From a bacterium (GTDB lineage Bacteria; Patescibacteriota; Minisyncoccia; Phycocordibacterales; VMGT01), in the NCBI GenBank assembly GCA_030697645.1, contig JAUYPI010000009.1, forward strand, positions 1-62,155: a DNA stretch of 62,155 nt. Reading direction: 5' to 3'. The notes beneath the pieces are model-generated. The model was not told the origin of the DNA. It was given only the letters and a program-made list of their open reading frames with translations, and searched no databases. The translations under genes and the position numbers were made by a program. Position 1 is the stretch's first letter; the number at the start of each line of letters is the position of its first letter. Of this stretch, positions 17,440 to 26,199 are shown one piece after another.

Positions 17440-17600
17440 CCTATTATTTTTGTGTTCGTGCTGGAAGTGTTTGGAAATGGCGTCGCCTCGCTTGACGCAA
17501 AACGCAGAACTCGACTTCCCTCGGGGCTCGGCCTCAGACATCTGCATTTTCCTCGGCTCGCCATTTTCTAAACACCTCTCGCAACGCACAAAAATAAAAG
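17440..17600. repeat. long imperfect hairpin element, family F copy 1
   Basis: GTGTTTGGAAATGGCG (17467-17482) pairs with CGCCATTTTCTAAACAC (17559-17575). Outer arms TTATTTTTGTG/CACAAAAATAA. Homologous to 57786-57905. Confidence 0.8.
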
Positions 17601-17631
17601 ACGTGAGCGATTACAACGGGTGTGTGTTTAG

Positions 17632-17880
17632 TTGAGGATTATGAAAGATATCAGTATTTACATTCAGAAATATGTACATCTGCCGCACCCGGAGCTGCGG
17701 CTCAAAGAGGCGGCGAAAAAAGCGGCAGAGCATATCCTCGGCACCGATGTGCCAATTGAAAATATTCGCGTAAAAAATGGTACTGTACAGCTCACCCTCT
17801 CCTCGGTCGCCCGCGCCGAGCTTTTTCTTCACAAGCAGGAGTTTGACTTCTTATTTCAGAGTGAAATGAAAAACCATTAA
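17632..17880 (+). CDS. hypothetical small protein
   Basis: 82-aa ORF. GAGGA sits just before the internal ATG at 17641. No confident family call. Confidence 0.45.
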   Translation: MRIMKDISIYIQKYVHLPHPELRLKEAAKKAAEHILGTDVPIENIRVKNGTVQLTLSSVARAELFLHKQEFDFLFQSEMKNH

Positions 17881-17921
17881 GAGATCAGGTTTCCTGGGGT
17901 TTGTAATTTTCACCCTGTGGA

Positions 17922-20489
17922 TTACGGTGTTGTTGTTGCCGCGGCTCCTCCGGTAACCGAAAGTGTGGTGCGATACTCACCGCGGTTGAGGACGCTGTCG
18001 TAGCCGATGATAAGGAGTTCGTTGTCGCCTTCGAGAGCGCCGGCGTCAGCGGGTATTAAAGAGAACGAGAGGGGAGGGGTCTGTGTGGAGCCGATGAGGG
18101 TGCCGTTGAGGAATACCTCGGCGCGCGCGAGCGTCGATGCTCCAGCACCTGAGACCGTGAACAGTACTCGCTCCGAGGCGTCGTAGGCGCCGGGGTGAAG
18201 TCCTTGTACTTCAAGCTTCGGGGCTTTTTCCTGTATATGGACGTCGTCTTTTTCATTTGGGATAATTTGCGGCGTCTCACGATTGATTTTCTGTCTTTCG
18301 ACCCACACTGCGACTGGCGCTTCCCAGAGGCGATATTGCGGGTCGAGTGTTGGATTTTCCGGCCTCGGCCCGAGGGGGTTTTCGCGGTTTACCCAGTGGA
18401 GAATCGTGTGCGGATCAACGACGACGCGCTCTTCACGGAGCTCTTGGGGAGTAAGGTCGGTCGCGATCTTCCCGGAGATTTTATCGACGACGTACGACAC
18501 GCCACCCTGCCACCGGCCGCGGAGGATCGGCGCTAATTCCAGGCTGTCCGGGAGCGTATGCGGCTTGATGAAGGAGACCTTTTTTTGAGAGACAAGGACC
18601 TTGTTTATGAACTCGTGCCAGAGCGGCGCGACGATAAACCCAGCAACCTTTTTCTCCATCGGTGAATTATCATTGTTTCCTGCCCACGCACCGACCGCGA
18701 TAGTTGGCGTGTAACCCACGATCCATGCGTCGCGGTAGTCGTTCGTGGTTCCGGTCTTTGCCGCGACATCGTAGCCGGGAAAGTAGAGGAACGACTGCTC
18801 GCCGAATGCCGGTGTGCGCGCTTCATTATCGGCGAGAATATTGGTCACGGTCCGCGCAATCTCACTCGGGAGCACACGGAGCGGGCGTGGTGTGTGCTCT
18901 TCAAGCACCGTTCCGTCCGTCCGCACAACCTTAAGGATCGTTGCCGGCGGGACACGCACGCCGTCGTTTGCAAATATTCCATAAGCGCTCGTGAGATCAA
19001 AGAGTGTTACCTCGCCGCCACCAAGAACGAGCGTCAGGCCATAGCGGCGGATGTCTTTGAGAGTAGAGATACCCATGCGCTCCGCGATCTCGAGGGAGTC
19101 CTTGAGTCCGGCAAGGTAGAGTACTTTGACCGCCGGCACATTAATTGATTGCGCGAGGGCGTTTCGGAGCGAGACCGGACCGCGAAAGACATTATCATAG
19201 TTCGTCGGTTTATAGCAGATCGCCCTCGGCGAGATCGGTGAGCCGTCCGGAGTGCACTCAGTCGAGAACTCAGTCTCGAGATCGAAGACTACCGTCTCCG
19301 GCCGGTACCCTTTCATAAACGCGGTGGCGTAGACGAAGGGCTTAAACGCGGAGCCCGGCTGGCGCTCGCCGAGCACGACGTTAAAGTTGCCGTCAATCTC
19401 TTTATCAAAGTAGTCGCGCGAGCCGACCATAGCGAGTATCTCTCCCGTACGCGGATCGAGCGCGATAAGCCCCGCGTTCTCGGCATTGAACTTTTTTTTA
19501 TTCTCAAGCGCGAATTGTTTAACAACACGCTCCGCATCTGTCTGGAGTTTACTATCGAGCGTCGTTACGATCGTGAGCCCGTCGCGTTCGATCGTCTCCC
19601 GTCCGTATTTCTGCTCGAGATACTCCCGCACATACATCACAAAATGCGGCGCTTGGATACTACTCTCGCTCCGTGGCAGAAATGTCGGTTCCTCGGCGAG
19701 TGCGGCGGCGCGTTCTTCTTCCGTAATGAATCCTTCCGCGAGCATTCGTTCGAGGACGAGGCCCTTGCGTGTCTCAAGGGCGTCGCGGTGGTTGCCGTAG
19801 GGGGAGTAGTAGGTTGGCGCCTGCGGGAGCGCAGCGAGATAGCTTGCCTCCGCGAGCGTTACATCGCGGGCGCTCTTCCCGAAAAATTGTTGACTCGCTT
19901 CCTCGACACCATAGACGCTGCCGCCGTAGGGTGCCTCGTTGAGGTAGAGTTCGAGGATACCTTCTTTACTCATCTGCTGCTCCAGCTTCGCTGCGAGGAT
20001 CCACTCTTTAAGCTTGCGTGCCAGGCGCTTCTCACGCGTGAGGATCGAGTTTTTAACCACCTGCTGCGTGATGGTCGAGCCGCCTTGCTCAAATCTGCCA
20101 GAGAGGATGTTTTTCAATGTCGCACGCACGACCGCGAGCGGCCGGATGCCTTTGTGTTCGTAGAACGTTGCATCCTCGATGGCCACGGTTGCATTTTTGA
20201 TGCGGCGTGAAACCTCCTCGATACCGACCACCGTGCGTTTTGTATCGGCGTTGACGTCGAAGAGTAAGATCTTTCCGGTGCGGTCGAAGATTTTCGTAGA
20301 CTGTATGATGCGGCGGTCCTCAAACGCCGAAAAGTCGGGGACAGTGAGCGTGGCGGCCCAGAGGAGCGCCGCGCCCGTCCCCGAGAGAGCGAGGGCGAGT
20401 GTGATCAAAAATACACTTCGCAGAGTGGAGCGGCGCGTTTTATGACCGTCAGTATTACTCATAAAACCCAGTATAGCAGTACGCAGCAT
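17922..20489 (-). CDS. class A penicillin-binding protein (transglycosylase/transpeptidase)
   Basis: GT51 motifs AIEDATFYEHKGI and GGSTITQQVVKN. Transpeptidase motifs SAFKP and KTGTT. N-terminal TM segment. Confidence 0.9.
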   Translation of the reverse strand: MLRTAILGFMSNTDGHKTRRSTLRSVFLITLALALSGTGAALLWAATLTVPDFSAFEDRRIIQSTKIFDRTGKILLFDVNADTKRTVVGIEEVSRRIKNATVAIEDATFYEHKGIRPLAVVRATLKNILSGRFEQGGSTITQQVVKNSILTREKRLARKLKEWILAAKLEQQMSKEGILELYLNEAPYGGSVYGVEEASQQFFGKSARDVTLAEASYLAALPQAPTYYSPYGNHRDALETRKGLVLERMLAEGFITEEERAAALAEEPTFLPRSESSIQAPHFVMYVREYLEQKYGRETIERDGLTIVTTLDSKLQTDAERVVKQFALENKKKFNAENAGLIALDPRTGEILAMVGSRDYFDKEIDGNFNVVLGERQPGSAFKPFVYATAFMKGYRPETVVFDLETEFSTECTPDGSPISPRAICYKPTNYDNVFRGPVSLRNALAQSINVPAVKVLYLAGLKDSLEIAERMGISTLKDIRRYGLTLVLGGGEVTLFDLTSAYGIFANDGVRVPPATILKVVRTDGTVLEEHTPRPLRVLPSEIARTVTNILADNEARTPAFGEQSFLYFPGYDVAAKTGTTNDYRDAWIVGYTPTIAVGAWAGNNDNSPMEKKVAGFIVAPLWHEFINKVLVSQKKVSFIKPHTLPDSLELAPILRGRWQGGVSYVVDKISGKIATDLTPQELREERVVVDPHTILHWVNRENPLGPRPENPTLDPQYRLWEAPVAVWVERQKINRETPQIIPNEKDDVHIQEKAPKLEVQGLHPGAYDASERVLFTVSGAGASTLARAEVFLNGTLIGSTQTPPLSFSLIPADAGALEGDNELLIIGYDSVLNRGEYRTTLSVTGGAAATTTP

Positions 20490-20520
20490 AGTAGCGTATT
20501 CTATGATAGAGTTTTAGTCA

Positions 20521-21723
20521 ATGAACGAGCGTTTACAGGGTACCGAAGCGGCGATTACCGAACTCCTCACGCGCGGCGTTGAGGCGGTGTACCCGAGCGC
20601 TGATTTTTTGCGCGAGCGGCTCGAGAGCGGCAAGCCGCTCTCGATCTACCTCGGCATTGACCCGACAGGGGCGCTCCACTTAGGGCACGTCGTGGTGCTC
20701 GGGAAGCTCGCCGCTTTCCAGAAGCTCGGTCACCGCGTGATTCTCCTCATTGGTGATTTCACCGCGATGATCGGCGACCCAACGGATAAGACCGCGACCC
20801 GACGTTCTCTCTCGCGTGAGGAGGTGCGAGTGAATCAGGAGCGCTATCTCGCCGGGGCGGCGCTATTTTTACACTTTGACGGCGAGAATCCGGCGGAACT
20901 GCGGCGCAATAGCGAGTGGCACGACACGCTTACGTTCGAGCGCGTGCTTGAGATTGCCTCGCATCTCACCGTTGACCAGCTCCTCAAGCGCGACATGTTC
21001 GAGCGCCGCAGCGCGGGAGGGAAGCCAATTTACCTTCACGAATTTCTCTACCCGCTGATGCAGGGGTACGATGGCGTCGCGCTTGAAGTCGACGGGGAGA
21101 TAGGCGCTTCGGACCAGACGTTCAACATGCTCGTGGGCCGGACACTTGAAAAACAACTCCTCGGCCGTGAGAAATTCGTCCTTACAACAAAACTTCTCAC
21201 AGATCCCACTGGCCGCAAGATGAGCAAAAGTGAGGGAAATGTGATCTGGCTCAGTGATACGTCCGACGAGCAGTTTGGGAAAGTGATGCGCTGGCCGGAC
21301 ACGATGATTGTGCCGGGGTTTGAGCTTTGCACTGAGCTCGCATACGAAGAACTCCATACGATTCAGGACGAGCTTCAAGGAGGCGCGAATCCGCGTGATT
21401 TGAAACTCCGCCTTGCACGAGAGGTCACCGCACGTCTTTCGGGCGAGGAGGCAGCACATGAAGCCGAGGCGCGTTTTCTTGCGACATTCTCTGGCGGCGA
21501 AGCACCGGAGGATATGCCGGAAATCGCGGCCAAAGAAAACGAGGCCTTGATTGATGTGCTCGCGCGAAGCAGTCTCGTCGCGTCAAAAACCGAAGCGCGC
21601 CGGCTCATTGAGAGTGGCGCGGTTGAGACCGCGGCGGGGGAGCGGCTCACCGACCCTCGAGCAGTAGCGCCCCGAGGCGGCGTGCTTCGAATCGGCAAAC
21701 GGCGATTTCTCAGGATTCGTTAG
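20521..21723 (+). CDS. tyrS: tyrosine--tRNA ligase
   Basis: HIGH-type HLGH, KMSKS, and a C-terminal S4-like domain. Confidence 0.95.
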   Translation: MNERLQGTEAAITELLTRGVEAVYPSADFLRERLESGKPLSIYLGIDPTGALHLGHVVVLGKLAAFQKLGHRVILLIGDFTAMIGDPTDKTATRRSLSREEVRVNQERYLAGAALFLHFDGENPAELRRNSEWHDTLTFERVLEIASHLTVDQLLKRDMFERRSAGGKPIYLHEFLYPLMQGYDGVALEVDGEIGASDQTFNMLVGRTLEKQLLGREKFVLTTKLLTDPTGRKMSKSEGNVIWLSDTSDEQFGKVMRWPDTMIVPGFELCTELAYEELHTIQDELQGGANPRDLKLRLAREVTARLSGEEAAHEAEARFLATFSGGEAPEDMPEIAAKENEALIDVLARSSLVASKTEARRLIESGAVETAAGERLTDPRAVAPRGGVLRIGKRRFLRIR

Positions 21724-21732
21724 AACAACAAA

Positions 21733-21766
21733 CACACCCTCGAGACAGATGTCTGCGGGGGTGTGG
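21733..21766. terminator. bidirectional hairpin between convergent genes
   Basis: CACACCC...GGGTGTG outer stem with an inner GACA/TGTC stem. Confidence 0.4.
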
Positions 21767-21788
21767 CATTGGTTGGGGTATTGATTAT

Positions 21789-21938
21789 TTAATCGCTTTC
21801 CTCCTCCTCTTCATCTTCAAGCGCAACGTCGTCGTCTTTTTCCTCCTCGTCGTCTTCGAGATCGTCATCTTTGTCGGCGATGCGGAATTCGTCTTCGTCG
21901 AGCCCGCGCGCGAAGCGCGCTTCGAAATCATTACTCAT
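21789..21938 (-). CDS. small highly acidic protein (49 aa)
   Basis: MSNDFEARFARGLDEDEF... followed by a D/E-rich tail. The internal ATG is preferred to the 78-aa extension. Confidence 0.4.
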   Translation of the reverse strand: MSNDFEARFARGLDEDEFRIADKDDDLEDDEEEKDDDVALEDEEEEESD

Positions 21939-22118
21939 AACGTATAGTGTGTGGCACTGAATCGTTCGAGTTGATAACGGCGACCCCAGTGGTAGAGCCT
22001 CGCGCATTCTGCCACGACGCTCCACCAGTTTTGGTAGCCACTATTTTCACAAATCAATTTTATTTTGCAAGGTTGTAAATATACTGTACGACATAATTTT
22101 ATAATGTCAATCGTTACC

Positions 22119-22619
22119 TCATGCGCCCCATACAGCGTGTGGTATGGGTTTACGATAGACTGCAAGGTGCGTTAGCCCAACCGCGATCGCGTCAATCTCG
22201 TCATCGTGGCGGGAGCGCTCGGGGAGCTCAATGAGCCGCGCGACCATCGCGGCAACTTGCTGCTTCGTGCCGCGGCCGTAGCCGGTAACCGCGATTTTCA
22301 CCTGAAGCGGCGTATATTCGTGTACCTCTAGCCTCGCTTCGCGCGCAGCAAAAATGATCACCCCACGCGCCTCAGAGACCGCAAGCGCGGTACGTTGGTT
22401 CGTATTAAAAAAAAGCCGCTCGAGCGCGAGCGAGCGCGGCTCGTAGAGCGCAATCAGCCGTCGCACCTCTTCTCCAATCTGCGAGAGCCGCTCGGCGTGC
22501 GGGAGTGCTTTGTCTGTCATGAGGCACGACGAGTAGAGCAGCGTATCTTTGTTGGCATTTCGTCGAAGTACCGCCATCCCCACCCGAGCGTACCCGGGAT
22601 CAATTGCGAGAACATTCAT
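22119..22619 (-). CDS. ruvC: Holliday junction resolvase RuvC
   Basis: MNVLAIDPGYARVGMAV and later acidic catalytic residues. Overlaps the yebC stop by 4 nt. Confidence 0.9.
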   Translation of the reverse strand: MNVLAIDPGYARVGMAVLRRNANKDTLLYSSCLMTDKALPHAERLSQIGEEVRRLIALYEPRSLALERLFFNTNQRTALAVSEARGVIIFAAREARLEVHEYTPLQVKIAVTGYGRGTKQQVAAMVARLIELPERSRHDDEIDAIAVGLTHLAVYRKPIPHAVWGA

Positions 22620-23155
22620 GCTCGAAAATTCGCGTTCGTGTACACCGCCTGCACCTCGTCGCTCTCTTCGAGCGCCTCGACGAGCGCGGCAAGTGCGATT
22701 TGCGTTTTTTCATCGAGTGAGAGGGGAGTGGTCGGTTCCCAGCCGGTGTCGGTTTTTTTGAACGCCCAAAGAGCGGAGCCCGGGGCGGCGAGCGAGCCGC
22801 CGTGCTCGGAGAGAGCGTGTTTTATTTCTGCGACGGCGCGATTTTTGTTGTCAGTGACTGCTTCGATGATGAGCGCCGCGCCGCCCGGGCCGTACGCCTC
22901 GTAGGTGACGGCCTCGAGCGCGGCCTCCTCGCCCCCGGCGCCGCGCTTGATTGCACGCTCGATATTCTCTTGCGGCATGTTCACGGCGCGCGCTTTCGCA
23001 ATGATAGCTGCAAGAGAGGGAGCTCCTGCGTCGCCTTTCGCGAGGCGGGACTCGACGGCGATGAGCTGCGCAAGCTTCCCGAATACCTTGCTCTTATGGG
23101 CGTCAGTCGCCTCCTTGCGGTGCTTCACTTTTGACCATTTATTGTGGCCGGACAT
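22616..23155 (-). CDS. yebC: YebC/PmpR-family transcriptional regulator (short)
   Basis: MSGHNKWSKVKHRKE. The track ORF is extended to 23287 only by reading through the repeat element. Confidence 0.9.
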   Translation of the reverse strand: MSGHNKWSKVKHRKEATDAHKSKVFGKLAQLIAVESRLAKGDAGAPSLAAIIAKARAVNMPQENIERAIKRGAGGEEAALEAVTYEAYGPGGAALIIEAVTDNKNRAVAEIKHALSEHGGSLAAPGSALWAFKKTDTGWEPTTPLSLDEKTQIALAALVEALEESDEVQAVYTNANFRA

Positions 23156-23204
23156 ATAAAGAAGTGTAAAGCGTAAAGCGAAAAGTGCAAAACAACACAG
23201 CAAA

Positions 23205-23349
23205 ATTCGAATTTCCAACCAACAAGCTCCAAACCAAATAAATTCCAAGCTCCAACCAACAAGTTCCAAACAAATTTCAAATTCCAATGCATCAAATCTT
23301 AAACACGCACGTCGTGTTTGGAAATTGTTTTTTGGAATTTGGAAATTCG
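23205..23349. repeat. TTCCAAA-word palindromic element, family E copy 1
   Basis: Outer arms TTCGAATTTCCAA/TTGGAAATTCGA. Apical hairpin AAACACG-cacgt-CGTGTTT. Shares 23-nt and 26-nt identical blocks with 42129-42262. Confidence 0.85.
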
Positions 23350-23350
23350 A

Positions 23351-24343
23351 TTACAGTAGTGTTTTCTGTGTGCTCGTCGGTATCGCGATACCAAGGTGCT
23401 CATAGGCGAGCGCGGTCACCATGCGGCCCCGCGGGGTGCGCTCAATGAGACCGGCGCGCATGAGGTAGGGCTCGTGCACCTCCTCGATCGTCTCGGTTTC
23501 CTCCGCGAGCGAGGCGGCAATCGTGCCGAGGCCGACCGGGCCGCCGCTGAATTTAGTGATCAGGGTCTCGAGAAGACGCCGGTCCGCGGGGGTGAGGCCG
23601 AGCTCGTCTATTTCAAGGAGCGCGAGTGCCTCGGACACGGCTTTACGCGACAGGTCACATTTACGTATCTGGGTGAAGTCGCGGCAGCGCTTGAGGATGT
23701 AGTTTGCGGTTCGGGGGGTAAAGCGGCTGCGCCGCGCGATCTCCTCGGACGCCTCCGGCGCGACTCTGACTCCAAGAATCGTCGCCGATCGGGCGACGAT
23801 TCTTGCGAGTTCGTCCTCGCTATAGAACTCGAGCCGGAATACGCCGCCAGAGAAGCGCGAGCGCAGCGGCGAGGAGAGGAGCGCGACGCGCGTCGTCGCG
23901 GCAAGGAGCGTGAAGGGCGGCAGGTCGAGCTGGATCGTGCGCGCCGACGGCCCTTTGCCGATGATGATGTCGAGCACCCCTGACTCCATTGCGGGGTAGA
24001 GCACTTCCTCGACCGCCTTATTCAACCGGTGGATCTCGTCTATAAAGAGCATGTCGCCTGCCGCGAGGTTTGTGAGGAGCGAGGCGAGGTCGCCCACCTT
24101 CTCGATTGCCGGTCCCGAGGTGATCTTGATCTGGGCACCCATTTGCCGGGCGACGAGGTGCGCGAGCGTGGTCTTGCCGAGACCGGGCGGGCCGTAGAAG
24201 AGGAGGTGCTCCGGTGGCTCCGCGCGCTCGCGGGCAGCAGAGAGGAGGATCGAGAGATTGCGTTTGATGTGCTCCTGGCCTATATAATCGTCCCATGCGG
24301 TGGGCCGGAGTGCGCGGTCGAGGTGGTCATAGTCGCTTGACAT
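23351..24343 (-). CDS. ruvB: Holliday junction branch migration ATPase RuvB
   Basis: FYGPPGLGKTTLAHLVA and LFIDEIHRL. Confidence 0.95.
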   Translation of the reverse strand: MSSDYDHLDRALRPTAWDDYIGQEHIKRNLSILLSAARERAEPPEHLLFYGPPGLGKTTLAHLVARQMGAQIKITSGPAIEKVGDLASLLTNLAAGDMLFIDEIHRLNKAVEEVLYPAMESGVLDIIIGKGPSARTIQLDLPPFTLLAATTRVALLSSPLRSRFSGGVFRLEFYSEDELARIVARSATILGVRVAPEASEEIARRSRFTPRTANYILKRCRDFTQIRKCDLSRKAVSEALALLEIDELGLTPADRRLLETLITKFSGGPVGLGTIAASLAEETETIEEVHEPYLMRAGLIERTPRGRMVTALAYEHLGIAIPTSTQKTLL

Positions 24344-24752
24344 AGAAATTTTTTTATGCTAACCTTCCCCAATGTTCTCTTTGGTTCTTTTTTGCTTATA
24401 CACCTCTAAGCAATGCCGCCCACAGCACAGGCAGAGGACGTTTTGTCCTCGGATGGAGCTATCCTTATGTCCGTGCTACCTAATCTAATTATTTTTAGAT
24501 CAGGTGTTGCTTAGAGATGCGTGAGCGAAAAATTTTTTTACTCGCGTGCAGACAGTAAAGCACAAACACACTCGCCGTGAAAGCCAGGGCAGAGTGTGTT
24601 TGTGCTTCGACGCGCATGTTTTCAGTCCGTATGACAGCGCAGGCCAAAAAATCGACAGCAAATATACTTTTTGCTATCATATAAAGTGGAAATGTTCGCC
24701 AAAAGTGTATGTTTGGCGAAAACTAAAACAGCAACCATGGAGGGAATGGGCA

Positions 24753-25124
24753 ATGAAGTTCTACGAACGTTCGCTATTTTGGACATGCGTTTTGGCGATT
24801 TTGGGCGGCTTTATCGGTTGGGCGGTAGCCGAATCGCCTCCGGATCCTGGGGCGACAGCCGGGGCGTGGATTCGGATGTGGTTTTTGGTTCTGCTGATCC
24901 ACATTACCCTCGGTTTTCGAGGAGTACGGTATGACGACACTGCTTTTATTGCCGGAGAGGTTGTGGGGTTTCTCGTAATGGCGCGCACACCAATAGTGCC
25001 TTTTGCTGCTGCTCCATATGATGCCCTGCTCGCGGGTACGATTATCACCGCGACCGTTCTGCTCGCCGTGTTGTTCAACCTCAAATGTCTTCCGGTGTTG
25101 TACCGGTGGGGTCATTTCGCATAA
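24753..25124 (+). CDS. integral membrane protein, unknown function
   Basis: GGAGGGA SD 8 nt upstream. Four hydrophobic segments. Confidence 0.55.
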   Translation: MKFYERSLFWTCVLAILGGFIGWAVAESPPDPGATAGAWIRMWFLVLLIHITLGFRGVRYDDTAFIAGEVVGFLVMARTPIVPFAAAPYDALLAGTIITATVLLAVLFNLKCLPVLYRWGHFA

Positions 25125-25154
25125 GGGAGTTTGCATAGGGGGAGGCGTACGATT

Positions 25155-25499
25155 ATGGCCATCTTTGTCGTCTCGGTTGTACTTCTTGCGTTGCTCGTCG
25201 GATCATTCACGGTGCTTGCGGCGCGGGGAGCGTGGAGCGAGGATAGTTTGGCATACGCCCTGTACCAGCTTGTTACTGGTAAAACACACGATGTGGTTGA
25301 AGTCGGCTTGATAGTGTTTGTGGCGCTTGTGTTGTTTGCGTTTGCGTACTTTGCGGCATGCGGCCTACAGAGCTTCGTGGCAGAAATCGGGCTGAAGACG
25401 TTTGTCGTATTTATGTCTACGACGATTGGCGCTTTGGCGCTCGGGTCTATTGTAAGCGCGTTTATATTTCCAAGCCTACTGCAGCTGATCGGCAGGTAA
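25155..25499 (+). CDS. integral membrane protein, unknown function
   Basis: GGGGGAGG SD 9 nt upstream of ATG 25155. Hydrophobic throughout. Confidence 0.55.
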   Translation: MAIFVVSVVLLALLVGSFTVLAARGAWSEDSLAYALYQLVTGKTHDVVEVGLIVFVALVLFAFAYFAACGLQSFVAEIGLKTFVVFMSTTIGALALGSIVSAFIFPSLLQLIGR

Positions 25500-25540
25500 C
25501 GTGCCGAACTGTGTGTAATAACGCAGAGAGAAAAACAAAA

Positions 25541-25576
25541 GGCGGACATCATCGTGATGTCCGCCGTGTCATTTTG
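25541..25576 (+). terminator. rho-independent terminator
   Basis: 10-bp stem GGCGGACATC/GATGTCCGCC followed by GTGTCATTTT. Confidence 0.65.
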
Positions 25577-25640
25577 TGCGTCAATAGTTTCCCAAGACTA
25601 AAGTTCGACAAAAAACGTTTTTGCGGTATACTGGAATTAG

Positions 25641-26098
25641 TTCTTGTGCTGGATAGCCGCCCAGCCGCAAACACAGCGGCCCGCGGGAGGAAAGTCCGGG
25701 CTCTCGCTGGCGCAATTTCCAATTTACAACAACCGATTTCCAATTATTGGAAGTTAGAAGTTAGTGGTTGGCAGTTGCGTGAGCAGGGGTGCGATCAGAG
25801 ACGCCTGATTCCGAAAGGATAGGGCCTCCGGCGTCAAAACCGGAGGAGTACCACGGTAACGTGCGTAGTGAAACGGCTAAATCCCTACCTGGGAGCAAGA
25901 CCGAGCCGTTGGCAACAGCCAATTTACAACAGCTGATTTCCAATGTAATTGGAAATCAGAAATTAGTAATTGGTTGTTGTGTAAACGGAGTGTCGCTCGA
26001 GCTGCACAGCAATGTGCGGCCCAGATAAATGGCTATCACCTTGCGGAGTGCCACGCGAGTCTCCGCGAGGAACAGAACCCGGTGTATAGGCACAAGAA
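25641..26098 (+). ncRNA. rnpB: RNase P RNA (bacterial type) with two long AU-rich hairpin expansions
   Basis: GGAGGAAAGTCCGGGCTC (P4 5' strand) and ACAGAACCCGG (P4 3' strand). P1 pairs TTCTTGTGC with GCACAAGAA. GGTAACGTGCGTAGTGAAACGGCTAAA and CCCAGATAAATGGCT are conserved-core-like. Confidence 0.85.
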
Positions 26099-26106
26099 AC
26101 CGCGTC

Positions 26107-26173
26107 GACGCTCGAATTTTTGTTCGAGCGTCGCCATAAACGCAACCGCCCCGCTCGAAAGCGGGGCGGTTGC
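26107..26173. terminator. two tandem GC hairpins between rnpB and the convergent HIT gene
   Basis: GACGCTCGAA/TTCGAGCGTC (26107-26132) and a 14-bp stem GCAACCGCCCCGCT-cgaa-AGCGGGGCGGTTGC (26142-26173). Confidence 0.5.
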
Positions 26174-26199
26174 CTATAATCTTCCTTGAACTCACATTC

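Noticed and set aside
21975-22040. tRNA-like fragment (CCAGTGGTAGAGCC resembles a D-arm)
   Set aside because: I could not fold a cloverleaf. There is no T-loop GTTCRAnnC and no matching acceptor stem.
24558-24607. Possible SRP (4.5S) RNA or fluoride riboswitch in the 24.4-24.7 kb spacer
   Set aside because: The hairpin loop GCCGTGAAAGCCAGGGCA lacks the SRP domain IV GGAA tetraloop with the AGCA symmetric-loop arrangement. The fluoride motif (conserved CTGATGA and pseudoknot partners) is not present, and the downstream proteins do not look like CrcB.
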